Shown piece after piece: positions 30,237 through 43,684 of a stretch of 52,929 nt of DNA (the stretch's first letter is position 1; each line of letters opens with the position of its first letter). This DNA comes from Eledone cirrhosa. Taxonomy: Eukaryota. Where the stretch lies: positions 1-52,929 of the forward strand of contig CAXHJY010000263.1 of assembly GCA_964016885.1 (NCBI GenBank). Reading direction: 5' to 3'. The notes under the pieces were generated by a model. It ran no database searches. It worked only from the letters and a program-made list of their open reading frames with translations, and was not told the origin of the DNA. The translations under genes and the position numbers were made by a program.

Positions 30237-30421
30237 AGTGGATTGGCAGTATCGGTAGAGGGTCGGACGCCGTGCTTTCCAGCATAGTTACGTCCCTTTA
30301 CGATCTGAGTTCAAATCCCGCCGAGGTTGACTTTGCCTTTCATCCTTACGGGTGGGATAAAATAAAGTACCAGTAATGAACTGGGTATTTGCTGGCCTTG
30401 TGCCTAAAGTAGAAACAATTA
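30237..30421 (+). mobile_element. SINE family A
   Basis: Shared head, core and tail. Confidence 0.85.
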
Positions 30422-30632
30422 TTGATAATATCAATAATTTCATTACCATAATTCAACATTTTCGTGTTTAAATATACATCGTTCAAAAGTTTGATAAAAG
30501 TTATCTTTCTAATCATAAATAGTTTGCATTGTAAGTGATTAAATAAAGGGAAATAATTCATATTTAATTATCAGTATACTCTTATCTTTAAACGAAATGA
30601 CGCCACACGTTTATATATATATATATGTATAG

Positions 30633-30667
<35 letters not shown>

Positions 30668-30766
30668 AGTATATATATTATATATATATATATATGTATA
30701 TATATAGTACATATAATTCCTTGTAGTACATTTCTGACGCATTCGCCCCTCCTCCTCCTTGATTAG

Positions 30767-30859
30767 GTTTTGGTTTTTCTCCCTCCCATATATGGAACCG
30801 CCCTTCCAACACACGACGCGAAAATGCAGAAGCAGCAAACACGGACAGCAACGAAGAAT
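30767..30859 (+). CDS. Candidate 93-nt phase 1-1 linker exon of the SMOC-like gene
   Basis: Branch-like ttCTGAC, pyrimidine tract, acceptor tTAG and donor AAT|GTAAGT. Open frame xFGFSPSHIWNRPSNTRRENAEAANTDSNEE joins in phase to the TY exon (T+AC=Tyr). Confidence 0.55.
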
Positions 30860-31217
30860 GTAAGTCCCAGAATATGACGTCATCACTGCCATTGTCTGTC
30901 TTATCTCTTCAGAACTCCATTTCATTTTATTGTGACACTCTCCTTACACCTTCTCCCCCTTCTCCTCTTTGCTCTTTCTCATTCTCTTGCTACTCCTATA
31001 TATATCTATATACTATTTCTCATCGTTATGTTTTCTTCCCCTAATCCTACTACATCTTTCGGTCGTTTTTGCTTATACTTCTTCTATATTCAAGCTCACC
31101 CTCCTCTCCCTCTTTCTCTCCTTTTCTCTGTCTACACCCACACACATATATATATGCTTATGTATATATATGTACATATACATATCTGTATATATACATA
31201 TGCATATACATATATAT

Positions 31218-31257
<40 letters not shown>

Positions 31258-31328
31258 GTTTGTGTATGTATACGTGTGTATGTTTGTGTATGCATGTATT
31301 TATGTATATATATATGTGTATATATGTA

Positions 31329-31384
<56 letters not shown>

Positions 31385-31390
31385 TGTATA

Positions 31391-31421
<31 letters not shown>

Positions 31422-31467
31422 CTTTCTATCTAACTATCTATCCATCTATCTATCTCTTTCTTTCTCT

Positions 31468-31528
<61 letters not shown>

Positions 31529-31639
31529 GACTTCTACAGGACTAGAACTGTTTCATTCGTGTGAAGCAGTTCTAGTTCTATAAAAGTTACTTCTATATAA
31601 AATAGAGATACCTATACTCTACTAGTGTATTGAGTACCG

Positions 31640-31758
31640 TGAGTTCAAATGCCGCTGAGGTTAACTTTGCCTTTCATCCTTACGGGGTCGATAAAATAAA
31701 GTACCAGTAATGTACTGGGTAATTGCTGGCCTTGTGCCAAATGTAGAAACAATTATTA
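31640..31758 (+). mobile_element. 5'-truncated SINE family A inserted in a PLE-like terminal sequence
   Basis: Flanks gtattgagtacc and tctgtggtcacctc reconstruct the uninterrupted motif seen at 24829-24861. Confidence 0.75.
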
Positions 31759-31784
31759 TCTGTGGTCACCTCTCGATACCCATC

Positions 31785-32260
31785 GGGAGGAGAGGAAGTT
31801 AGTAAAATACCGGTGCTTGACCAATTGCTTCCTCTTTGCACCGGTCTCTCTCTCGAGAGAGACCTCTGGCGTCTTTGGTGCTTGCGCTGCTGATTTCCTC
31901 TGTTAAGTCGGAAGGACAGTAGTCCGCTTGAGGAGGGAGCCCCGTAAGGTGGTGTGGTTGCTGCAGCGGGTGTCTCTGGCTATTCTCGGTAGTAACGTTT
32001 TTGACGTTTTGTCCGTGGGGCGCGGATGAGGCACCGCTCAGATTGGGGTGTAGTGACTGGACCCCCCCCCCTCCCTTTATTTCGTTGCTTGATCCTTCTT
32101 TCCTTCTCTTTTTTTCCTTTTTTGTTTTATTTTTCTATTTTTCTTTTACTTTTTTTCTTCTGTTTTTGCTCCCTTTAATAGTGTGTTTTGTTTTTCTTAG
32201 ATACTGCACAATATGTACTTGTAGTTTACATTGATTAATAAATTTAAAACTTGAAAAAAT
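31785..32260 (+). mobile_element. CRE-type RLE LINE 3' end with UTR
   Basis: Reads RRKLVKYRCL..FLFAPVSL / ETSGVFGACAADFL..VGR...WLLQRVSLAILGSN, the RLE C-terminus. Followed by a T-rich UTR, AATAAA and an A tail. Confidence 0.7.
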
Positions 32261-32284
32261 GTGATATATATATATAAATATATC

Positions 32285-32516
32285 ATCAAGAGTCGATTGA
32301 CAAGATCCCAGACCTTATTCGCTTAACGAGTGGGGTCGCGCTCGTCAAATCGGACCGTTGGTCTTTCCAATTGCTAATACTATCTATCAATCGCAAATTC
32401 CGGTAGAAGGAGCAACATGAAATAAAGTGTCTTGCTCAAGGACATAACGCATCACCCGGTCAGGGAATCGAACTCACAACCTCACTATTGCGAATCTAAC
32501 TGAGCCACGCGCCTTC
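32285..32516 (-). mobile_element. SINE family B
   Basis: Reverse complement of the 17041 type (agtgtcttgctcaaggacataacgcatc, ggaatcgaactcacaacc). Confidence 0.8.
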
Positions 32517-32585
32517 ATTATGCATGTATATGTATATATATGTATATATATATATATGTGTGTGTGTTTGTGTGTGTGTTTGTGT

Positions 32586-34820
32586 CAGGTCGTTCATGAG
32601 TACTACTGGTAAATTATAGCCCAATACAACCTGTTACCTGGTCGAGTCATCGGTGACTAAACCAGCAACCACACAAAGCTTGCTTGCGACAGGGATAAGT
32701 AAAGGGTATTACAGGAAAGGGACAAGTAAAAGGTATTACAGGAAAATATCTGGAGCTCTACACAGTGGCGATCATCATGTGATGGCCATTCGTGCACAAA
32801 ATATGAACAATTTCTGCTCTTCGTGTCTTCTGATGGTAACAAATTAAGTCTTTTTAGACATAGGACTGCTTCCCATACACAGAGAGGGGGCAGTAAAAGA
32901 AGCCCTAGCACATCCCAATTAGTAGAAGTAGGAGACGGCTACAATCTTCTGGTCCGGAATAAGACCAGGGTCCATCTGGTTTTGATTTTATCATTAGTTT
33001 TGACATTGCTAAATCCCTAACACCATTCCCTAAATATATCAGTGATTGCATCATGATTCTTTCTCTGGATGTAGCAACCAACACCTGTGTTACACTAGTG
33101 AGTTGTTACGCCCCAACCCTCTATTCATCTAAGCAGGATATTGAAACATTTTATGACCAGCTTCACACAGTGGTTCTCACAGTTCCCTACAAGAGGAATC
33201 TTATCATAATGGGAGATTTCAATGTTAGAGTTGGAAATTACTATGAAACATGACATGTTGTCCTTATGTTAAATGGAATCGGAACTATGTGCTTAAGCTG
33301 CTTTAACTCTGCAAGGAATTTGATCTTAGCATCACTAATAGCTTTTTTCAGCAACCTGCAAATTATAAGACAATATGGATGCATTCTAGATCCAAGGATT
33401 GGCACATGACTGACTATGTTATCAATCCCAAGTATGACCGAAAAGATTTAAAAAGTCACTTGCCATTTTCACCTTTCTTACTTTCCCTCGGTTCCTGCAT
33501 TGCTGTGCAGTAAGGTTTCATTTAATCTTCCCAACAAAAGGCGTTTTCAAAAGCCATCTATCTCACATAAGGTTGATGTGGGTGCTTTGAGATCCACGGA
33601 TACGAGGTTGAAACTTCCTGCAAAATTTGACTCATCCCTCGATTCTATCCAGATTTCTGATGACATTGAGGTTTCCAGAAAAGCGCTCAAAGATGCCACC
33701 TCTACAGCCTCCGTAGAAATTTAAGGATGTTTTAATAAGAAAACACAAAGACTGGTTTGATGAAAGCAACTCAGATGTCTGGAATTTTATCAGTGAGCTG
33801 CATAACTTACACAGGCTTTGGATTGCAAAGAAAAACTCAACAACTAAAATGAAAATCTATAAAGATAGTAAACTGCAGGCACAGTCCCCACTTACAAAGG
33901 TGAAATATGCTTATTGGGCAGCTAAAGTAGCTGATCTATACGAAGCTGTTGCATCTCTTCAAGAACAAAGGTAAAATATATGTGTGACACCTCACGTGGC
34001 ATCTCTCTACTCCGCATTGTTGGTAAGGTACTTGCCCGTGTCATTCCAAAAGAATTACATCCAGACTTGCTGATATCTACCCTAAAAACCAATGTGGTTT
34101 CCCCACACGTCGAGATACCATTGACATTATCTTCTCCCTTCGATAGGGTAAAAAAAAAGGTTCGTGAAAATAACTAGGAGTTGACTGTGGTTTTTGTCGA
34201 CTACACTAAAACGTTTGACACAGGTATATTCCTGAAAACGAAAGACAGTTTATCGTGCCGTGGTACTGCTGACATTTATATCCGTCTCCGAGTCATGGAC
34301 ACTTCATCGCACCTACATTTACAGGCTTGATGCTTTCCACAAACATTGTATTCGCCCTATCTGTGGTTATTCACTTTCTGACGGTCCCCAACATAAATGG
34401 GCTGGTCATGTCCTACAGATGACGAAGGACCGTACAACCAAGTTACTATTATACAATCAACTTGATAATGATGCACGCAATATAGACAGATCATTACTCA
34501 GTTATAAAGACAAACTGAAGTACAATCTTAAATTTACCTCTTACTTGTTTTGAAGCCTTTGCTGCTAACCGTGAAAAAAGGAGAACTGTCTGGCATAAAG
34601 GTATAAAGAAAATCTCGACTGGTCGATCTTCATGATCTAAGATCTAACACCAAGATTCGATCAAACCTTCCATCATGCTTCGCTCAAAATCTTGCTATCT
34701 GCACTAAATGCGGTCTGATTTGTAAATCTGGACCGAAGTGCCATTTAAGACATAACCACAAAAATGAACTCAGGGGACTGTTAAACCCTCATACGTCAAA
34801 ATACGACGGGAGAATCCTTC
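32586..34820 (+). mobile_element. Degenerate, internally deleted RTE LINE (APE, partial RT, C-terminal finger)
   Basis: Motifs TLVSCYAPTL..IETFYDQL..LIIMGDFNVRVG, TIWMHSRSKDWHMTDYVI, RGISLLRIVGKVLARVI, VFVDYTKTFD, KWAGHVLQM and CTKCGLICKS. Confidence 0.88.
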
Positions 34821-35175
34821 ATATAAAAATAAAGTCTTCCTTTCTAGTTCTGTAACATGCTAGATAAAATGACTATGTGCGGGTGTTAAGGGTAAGTTTA
34901 GATGTTTTTCGCTTTCTTAGCTAGAATCCATTTCTACACTTCTTCATTTCTACCTCACCCCCGCCCTGAAGTATTAGAAACTGATCATCTTTCTACTACA
35001 CCAGTACATCACTGCTCCATACCAAGCCATCGGTGCAACATTGCAATTCAATGCATATACATAGCTGCATCAGTACACTTAAATTCTCCCACATCACAGG
35101 TGAGGTACCTCCCTTCACATTAGAGACAGACAATCTCCCTGATTCGGCTGATATCTCTCTTCCTCCTTCATCCGT

Positions 35176-35284
35176 TAATCCCGCCGATGTTAACTTTGCC
35201 TTTCATCTTTACGGGGTCGATAAAATAAAGTACCAGTAATGTACTGGGTAATTGCTGGCCTTGTGCCAAAAGTAGAAACAATTA
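35176..35284 (+). mobile_element. SINE family A 3' half
   Basis: Core plus tail. Confidence 0.8.
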
Positions 35285-35869
35285 TATCTAATTTGGTTCT
35301 CTTCACACTTAAGACAGATTGCCCCCCCCCCCCCCCCCCTCACATATCATATATAGGTTACTCCTCCTCTGAAATCCCAGAAAGCTGTCCCTTCTACATT
35401 ACAGATAATCCTTCCTGTACTACATCACAGATGGTTGTTCCTTTTTCTTCATGATAGAAAACGGCACAACCACTACCACCTCATAATCACCCCCGCGAGA
35501 TGGAATGGCTCTTCCAGCGCATCTCCCTTACCATCCTCCGGGGACCCCATTTGTTCACCATAGAGAGAGCTGAGGGGGGGGGGGGTCGAGAGAGATGGAG
35601 GCTATGACAGAGGGAGTTCGACTCTTCCACGTTCGGACCATATCCTTGTTGCTTTAATATATATTTATTATGTAGAAAATAGTTGTAATAACAATATCTC
35701 TAGTAACCCTTACCCTTTCCTCTCATTTATAGTCATTTCAACCACCCCCTCGGTACTACAGTTAATATAGATTCCAAACCTCTATCATGACCTCTACATC
35801 AAAGTTAATATATACCCCACACCACCACCACCACCACTGGTAGTTAGAGCCAGATCACGGTTTGCGAAT

Positions 35870-36023
35870 TACATGTGTATTGTCTGACGAGTTTGGATTT
35901 AGGACTAAAACATTCTATACACTATGTCAATGTGTGTAAGGGAAGAAAACGTTACACTTGTCAATGACATAGTGTATAATCTGTTTGAGTTCTGAATCTA
36001 ATCTAGACAGACAATATACATAT
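35870..36023. mobile_element. Old fold-back with a degenerate hammerhead
   Basis: Arms ~35870-35929 and ~35965-36023. The + arm reads gtgtat..CTGACGA-gttt..ggac-TAAA...atacac. Confidence 0.6.
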
Positions 36024-36026
36024 GCG

Positions 36027-36112
<86 letters not shown>

Positions 36113-36293
36113 CATGTATATTGTGTATGTGTGTGTGTGTGTGTGAAAAATTCGGGACCCCGATGTCTGAGCTCCAGCCATTTCAACAGGTAGATCCATT
36201 CTGATGGGCCATGGTGCCCAAACACTGATTTGTAAGACTTCGCCAGGCGGTTCTATTAAGTTAGACATGGCCTGGGCCAATACTGGCCGAAAC

Positions 36294-36341
<48 letters not shown>

Positions 36342-36464
36342 TTATCTATCTATCTATCTCTCTCTCTCTATATATATATATATAGAGAGAGAGAGAGATA
36401 TAGCGCAAATTTATACGGGAACAAAACAGAGAGGCAGACAAATAAAGTAACAATATTGATAAGG

Positions 36465-36499
<35 letters not shown>

Positions 36500-36505
<6 letters not shown>

Positions 36506-36724
36506 ATAATAATAAATTTGAAGACTAAAATCCAAAGAGGGCTCGATAAGGATAAATATATATCAAATATATAAGAACGGTAGAGCAAATATTTATTAAA
36601 ATAACAGATTAAAGTTTAGGCAAAGAATCGTTGCTTTCACCCTTAACGGGATCTTCTGAAACCGTTAAGGGTGAAAGCAGCGATTCTTTGCTTAAACTTT
36701 AATCTATTATTTTAATATATATTT
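36500..36724. mobile_element. Family X element with fold-back at the hammerhead core
   Basis: Arms ~36588-36649 and ~36662-36724; the turn is at atcttctgaa. Confidence 0.8.
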
Positions 36725-36804
36725 ATATATATATATATATATATATATTTCGTTTCTGAATTTGTTTAGCAAGATTCTTTATCTGAAATCGTGTGTTGAA
36801 ACCG

Positions 36805-37342
36805 ATATTGTTATACTTTGGGAGGGTCATGTTGCCAATAAGAAACACACACACCAGTTGCTTTCACTTCAATTTAATTTATTATATATTTATAAATTTA
36901 CAAATTTATAAATTTCTGGTTGGTTGGTTGGTTCCACAACCAGATAGTTGTTTATATATATATAGTCATAGTTCTTTCGTCACACACTCTGTGACCTCTT
37001 CAGTGACTGGGGATTTCTTTCTTCGTTTCTGTGCCTTTCCTTTCTTCTATCCTACGCCATTTTGTTTGTGTGTGTGAACCCCCACACAAACAAAATGGCG
37101 TAGGATAGAAGAAAGGAAAGGCACAGAAACGAAGAAAGAAATCCCCAGTCACTGAAGAGGTCACAGAGTGTGTGACGAAAGAACTATGACTATATATATA
37201 TAAACAACTATCTGGTTGTGGAACCAACCAACCAACCAGAAATTTATAAATTTGTAAATTTATAAATATATAATAAATTAAATTGAAGTGAAAGCAACTG
37301 GTGCGTGTGTTTCTTATTGGCAACATGACCCTCCCAAAGTAT

Positions 37343-37350
<8 letters not shown>
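36805..37350. mobile_element. Near-perfect 268-bp-arm palindrome (family Y) with a hammerhead in each arm
   Basis: 36805-37072 is the reverse complement of 37083-37350, with a 10-nt loop. The ORF track shows the same peptide on both strands. Confidence 0.92.
37147..37191 (+). ncRNA. Minimal type I hammerhead ribozyme (canonical core)
   Basis: Stem I AGTCA/TGACT; CTGAAGA 37152-58; stem II gtcaca-gagtg-tgtgac; GAAA 37177-80; short stem III; CTA triplet ending at 37186. Mirror copy on the - strand at 36964-37008. Confidence 0.8.
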
Positions 37351-37417
<67 letters not shown>

Positions 37418-37855
37418 CCTTATCAATATTGTTACTTCTAGTGTCAAGAAAGTTAAAATGGTTTGAGTATCGAGTACTTTTCGATATCTCATCACCTACA
37501 ATCATCACACATTCACACACGTGTGTGTGTGGGTGGTGTGTTTGTAGTTTTTGTTTGTTGTTTGACCCTACAACCATTTACCTATTTCTAATAACTTCTC
37601 ATGAGATATATCAGTGTAAATAGTAATCTCTCTCTCTATCTATCTCTCTATATATCTATCTATCTATCTATTTATCTTTCCTTTTGTCTCTCCCGACCTC
37701 ACTCTTACAACCACCATCCGTGTCCCTCGTTCTCTCCATTATCTCCATCTTACACACTCTCTCACATCTGTCTGACACCCTCTTTCTCTGCTTACTTGTT
37801 TGTCTATCCCTCCCTCATCTCGCTCTTTCCCTTTCATTCTCTCTGTCTGCCTGTT

Positions 37856-37921
<66 letters not shown>

Positions 37922-37994
37922 CGTTCCCCCTCTTTCTCTCTCTCTTTCTCTCTCATTATCTGTGTCCCTCTCTCTACCTCTCTCTCTATTTTAT

Positions 37995-38064
<70 letters not shown>

Positions 38065-38269
38065 CTCTGTTTCTCTCTCTTTCTTTCCCTTTCATTCTCT
38101 CTCGCTGTCTCCCACTCCCCCTCTCTCTTTCTCTCTGATTTGATCATTCGCTAGATATGCTTTATTTCTTTTTTATTAAACAAAATATGTAAATGTTTAC
38201 TTGAAGACAATACTAACCTCTACAATAGATCGGAACCCTTGCTAACTAACTATTAGCATCTATGTGACT

Positions 38270-39670
38270 GGTACCGTAACTAACCATCAGTAGTTATAGT
38301 GATAAGATTGGTAGACCTTAACAATCTAACCATTAGTACTTATAGTGATAAGATTGGTAGACCTTAACAAACTAACCATCAGTAGTTATAGTGATAAGAT
38401 TGGTAGACCTTAACAATCTAACCATCACATCAGTAGTTATAGTGATAAGATTGGTAGACCTTAACAATCTAACCATTATTACTTATAGTGATAAGATTGG
38501 TAGACCTTAACAAACTAACCATCAGTAGTTATCGTGATAAGATTGGTAGATCTTAACAATCTAACCATCAGTAGTTATAGTGATAAGATTGGTAGACCTT
38601 AACAATCTAACCATCAGTAGTTATAGTGATAAGATTGGTAGACCTTAACAATCTAACTATCACTGTGTATAGTAATGTTATAAATGTGACTGGTATCTCA
38701 ACTAACCATCAGTAGTCGTAGTGATAAGATTGTGATACCTTGACAATCTAACCATCAGTACTTATAGTGATAAGATTGTGATACCTTGACAATCTAACCA
38801 TCACTGTGTATAGTAATACGATAAATGTGACTGGTGCATCAACTAACCATCAGTAGTCATAGCGATAAGATTACGATTCCTTAACAATCTAACAATCAGT
38901 AGTTATAATGATAAGATTGATATACCTTAACAATCTAACCATCACTATGTATAGTAATGTGATAAATGTGACTGGTATCTCAACTAACCATCAGTAGTCG
39001 TAGTGATAAGATTGTGATACCTTAACAATCTAACCATCAGTAGTTATAGTAATGTGATAGGTGTGACAGGTACTTTAACAATCTAACCATCAGTAGTTAT
39101 AGTAATGTGATAAATGTGACTGGTATCTTAACTAACCATCAGTAGTTATAGTTATAAGACTGCGATGCCTTAACAATCTAACCATCAGTAGTTATAGTGA
39201 TATGATTGCGATACCTTAACAATCTAACCATCAGTATTTATAGTGATAAGATTGTGATACCTTAACAATCTAACCATCAGTAGTTATAGTGATAAGATTG
39301 TGTTACCTTGACAATCTAACCATCAGTAGTGATAGTAATGTGATAAATGTGACTGGTACTTCAGTTAACCATCAGTAGTTATAGTGATAAGATTGTGCTA
39401 CCTTAACAATCTAACCATCAGTAGTTATAGTGATAAGATTGTGTTACCTTGACAATCTAACCATCAGTAGTGATAGTAATGTGATAAATGTGACTGGTAC
39501 TTCAGTTAACCATCAGTAGTTATAGTGATAAGATTGTGCTACCTTAACAATCTAACCATCACTGTGTATAGTATAATGTGATTGGTGTGAATTGTACCTT
39601 AATTAACCATCAATATTTGTAGTGCTGTGATGCTGTGATTGGTACCATAACTATCTAACCATCACTGTGA
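38270..39670. repeat. 46-bp satellite array with longer variant units
   Basis: Unit aacaatctaaccatcagtagttatagtgataagattggtagacctt (period 46 between 38301 and 38347). Confidence 0.95.
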
Positions 39671-39674
39671 ATAG

Positions 39675-40627
39675 CAGAGGTTCTCAATTTGGGCTCTACC
39701 GCCTCCGGTGGGCGTTGAGAAGGTCCAGCGGGCGCTGGGGTCTAAGGGTGGGGATAGGGATGATATAATAGTATATTAAATATCAAATGATACATATTAT
39801 ATATGAATATAGTAAAATAAAAAATATATGATAGTTATTTATGCATAGTATATATTATATTATCTATATATATAAAACTGATGATGTTTGTGTGTGTGTG
39901 TGTGTGTGTGTCTGTGAGTTTGAATCCCTAAAACTCGAGAAGTACCCAACCGATTTTTTTCAAACTTTACATGTGTATTACTTATGTTTCAGGGAGTGTT
40001 ATGCACATAAACAATTTAACTTTTTGATCCCCTAGGTGAAAAACTGCGTCTTTTCAGCTTTTTAGGGCTTTTTTGAGGCGTTACGTCTAGTCGATTTTCT
40101 CGAAATTTAAAGGCATATTATGCACATAAACAAAATTAATTTTCTTGATGCCCTAGGGCCCGCATTAGGTGAAAACCTGCATTTTTCCTGCTTCATCGAG
40201 GAAAATCTTAAAGATTATCCAACCATCAGAGTATTCGGTTTATTTTCTTTACATATGGTCCAGGGATGCAGTTTTTCCACGATTAGGTCTGTTGGCGGCT
40301 CGCGTTCCAAAATAGCTTATCCCGTGCACGCCGGGTACCACTGCTAGTTTATTATATAATGATTTCTAGTATAGGCACAAGGCCAGTAATTTGGGGGGAG
40401 GGGAAAGTCTATTAAATCGACCCCATAACGTTACTGGTGCTTTATTAATTATTATACAATAATACCTTTTCCACGGAAATACTTAACATATATATATATA
40501 TATATGTAAATTAACGATTTAATTTATTATATATTATTTACAATTTGCGTGCAGGCAGGTCTCTCTGGGAATAGGGTGGGAGCGCTGAGGGTATTACGTG
40601 GCCGTGAAGGGGGAGAGTGGCCCCAAA
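39675..40627. mobile_element. hAT-type MITE (CAGAGGTTCTCAA left TIR) hosting nested insertions
   Basis: Left TIR at 39675 and a GC-rich right subterminal at 40560-40627 with the right TIR missing. Contains a Helitron and a SINE A fragment (40361-40445). Confidence 0.55.
39863..40347 (+). mobile_element. Non-autonomous Helitron
   Basis: A|TC 5' end, 3' hairpin cccg-tgcacgc-cggg, then CTAG|T; body shared with 46370-47167. Confidence 0.8.
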
Positions 40628-40784
40628 AGTGTGTATAGTAATGTGGTTGGTGTGACTGGTACCTTAAGTAACCATCAATATCTGTAGTGCTGTGGTGCTG
40701 TGATTGGTACCTTAACTACACTGATATTATTGGTACTTTAACAAACCATCAGTATCTAGAGTTGATGTGATTAATACCTTAAAA

Positions 40785-41015
40785 CAGACATGGCAAACAG
40801 CGGGCCTTTACAAGCACACCTGCGGCCCGCACAAAGGTTTTTACAGCGCGAGCATGTTTTACCTTCGTAATATAAAACATGAAAAATTAGCTGTAATGTG
40901 CGCAATTAGTTGTCGTGTGTGGCCATCAGACGACACATATGTGACCCATGTGGCCCTCTCACAACACTTATGCGACCCATGTGACCCTCAGGGTACCCTC
41001 AGTTTGACATGCCAG
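40785..41015. mobile_element. hAT MITE with 8-bp TSD
   Basis: TIRs cagacatggcaaac and gtttgacatgccag; TSD CCTTAAAA at 40777-84 and 41016-23. Confidence 0.88.
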
Positions 41016-41330
41016 CCTTAAAAGATTAACCATTACAATCTATAATGATGTGAACTTAACTAACTACATATCAGTATCTACAGTGATGCGATGATACCTT
41101 AACTAACTAACCATCAGGCTCTATATGAATGTAATTGGTGTTACTGGTACTTTAACTAAACAACCACTGTGTATAGTAATATAATTGATTGGTAACTAAC
41201 TATTTATAGTAATATGATGATGTAATTGTTAACTTAAGTAACTAACCATCAATATCTCTAATGATGTGATGTGATTGGTACCTTAATATCTACAGTTATG
41301 CGACGGTGTTATTAGTATTTTTGGGGATTG

Positions 41331-41510
41331 GCTTTGCAGCATAGAGTTACGGCCATTTACGTTCTAAGTTAAAATCTCGTCGAGGTTAACTTTGCCTTTC
41401 ATCCTTCGGTATCGATAAAATAAAGTACCAGTAATGCACTGGGGTCGATTTAATCGACTTTCCCCTCCCATTCAAATTGCTGACCTTGTTCCTAAAATAG
41501 AAACAGTTAT
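41331..41510 (+). mobile_element. SINE family A
   Basis: Shared core and tail. Confidence 0.8.
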
Positions 41511-41589
41511 TAGTATTTTAACAACCTAACCATCCGTATCTGTAGGGTTTAGATGATATTTCGACTAAGTAGCCATCAATATGTGATAG

Positions 41590-42435
41590 TTTGCTTGGTA
41601 CGTTAACTAACTAATTACCACTGTCTATAGTTTTGTGTTAGTTTGCTTCGTACGTTAACTAACTAACTATCGCTATCATTGGTGATGTGATGATTAGATT
41701 AGTACGTTAACTAACTAATTATCAGTATCTATAATGATATGATGAGTACCTTAACTAATCAACCGTCGCTGTCATTGGTGATGTGATGATTTGATTGGTA
41801 GGTTAACTAACTGACCATCGCTATCATTAGTGATGTGATGATTAAATTGGTACATTAACTAACTAACCATTGCTGTCATTGGTAATGTGATTATTTGATT
41901 GGTACGTTAACTAACTAATTATCAGTATCCATAATGATTCAGATTAGTACCTTGACTAATTAACCATCACTGCCATTGGTTGTATGATGACTTGATTGGT
42001 ACGTTAACTAACCATTGCTATCATTGGCGATGTCATGATTGTATTGGTAGGTTAACTAACTAACCATCGCTATCATTGGTGATGTGATTATTAGATTGGT
42101 ACGTTAACTAACTACTTAACAGTATCTATAAGGATATGATTAGCACCTTGGCTAATTAACCATTGCTATCATTGTTGATGTGATGATTTGATTGGTACGT
42201 TAACTCACTAACCATCGCTGCTATTAGTGATGTGATGATTTGATTGGTACGTTAACTAACTAACCATTGCTACTATTAGTGATGTGATGATTTGATTGGT
42301 AGGTTAACTAACTAGCCATCGCTATCATTGTTGATGTGATGATTTGATTGGTAGGTTAACTAACTACAGCATCGCTATCATTGGTGATGTGATGGTTGTA
42401 TTGGTACGTTAACTAACTAACTATCAGTATCTACA
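41590..42435. repeat. ~50-52-bp satellite related to the 46-bp array
   Basis: Unit gtacgttaactaactaaccatcgctatcattggtgatgtgatgatttgattg. Confidence 0.9.
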
Positions 42436-42502
42436 TTACTCTACATTTTGTAAAATATTAAGAGATGAGAAACGATATTTATTTTCCTTATTTGTTTTAT
42501 TA

Positions 42503-42657
42503 CCGTATTTCCCGGCGCCGAAGACGCACCCTGATTTTGACAACCAATAATTAAAAAAAAATAAATGAATAAACAACCTTCGGCCTCCAGGACGCATGGT
42601 AGATTTTTGAGATTTATTTTAGGGAAAACGTAGCGTCTTCGACGCCAGGAAATACAG
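42503..42657. mobile_element. Tc1/mariner (pogo/Tigger-like) MITE
   Basis: TA-ccgtatttcccggcgccgaagacgc...gcgtcttcgacgccaggaaatacag-TA. Confidence 0.85.
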
Positions 42658-42760
42658 TAGTTCATTTAGCTTTTATTTTCTCTATAACCGCAGTCTATTT
42701 CAACAATTACGTCTTTTCGTCAGTATTATGCTGAGGCAGGTTAAGTAAATAAGTAAATAA

Positions 42761-42803
<43 letters not shown>

Positions 42804-43391
42804 GTAAATAAATAAATAAGTAAATAAATAAGTAAATAAATAAATAAGTAATTAAATAAATTATGAAATAAATATCATAAGCATGACGAAGGAATTCTAG
42901 AAAGAATTAGTGAGGTTAAATTGAAGTTTTGTCTGAAGTATTTTTTAATTGAAATGTTATTGGGATCATTGACTGAAATTTTTTCTACCGTGTGAGGGCG
43001 TGTCGTGAGTGGGGCGTTGTATTGAGTTGAGTGTGATGGGAACATGAGGATGTCCACACCCCAGCTGTCCATGCTTAACATCTACTTGTTTGTGTGGTAG
43101 GAGTACGTATGAGAGGAAGAGTGGGTGAGAATGTAGGGAGACTTCATACAGTTGAGATTAGTTAGGTAGAAAAAATTGAAAATACATACACACACAGAGA
43201 GACAGACTCACACACATGCAATGTGCATATGCATGCATATGGAAGCATGCGCACAAACACGCTTACATTGCAAAGTGCATCGAAGTGCACATGCATATAA
43301 GTGCTGTATAATCATGCTCGGAAGTATATATGCACACAATGAGCATGCATGTGAACACACCGCTTGTATGGATGTGCTTGCAAACATGTAA

Positions 43392-43429
<38 letters not shown>

Positions 43430-43684
43430 ATACTATATAATGTGTAAGTCTATGCAAATATATAGATGCATGCATAAAAGCACACTATAAATATACACAT
43501 AGGGCATTTAGAATTATCCAGTGTTTCTACATATATAAATATATATATATCATAAACGTATGTCCGTGTACACATACATATGTACAAACACAAATAGTGA
43601 TCTGCACATATTAGTGCATAATCCTGCGTTTATATGTATAGTGCTATGGTTAAGGCATGGCTTTGTGTTGTTGGTGATGGTGTG

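Noticed and set aside
36793-37347. Two ORFs with identical peptides on opposite strands
   Set aside because: This is a consequence of the palindrome, not a duplicated gene.
38270-39670. CRISPR-like regular repeat
   Set aside because: Units are contiguous with no unique spacers, there are no cas genes, and the context is eukaryotic.
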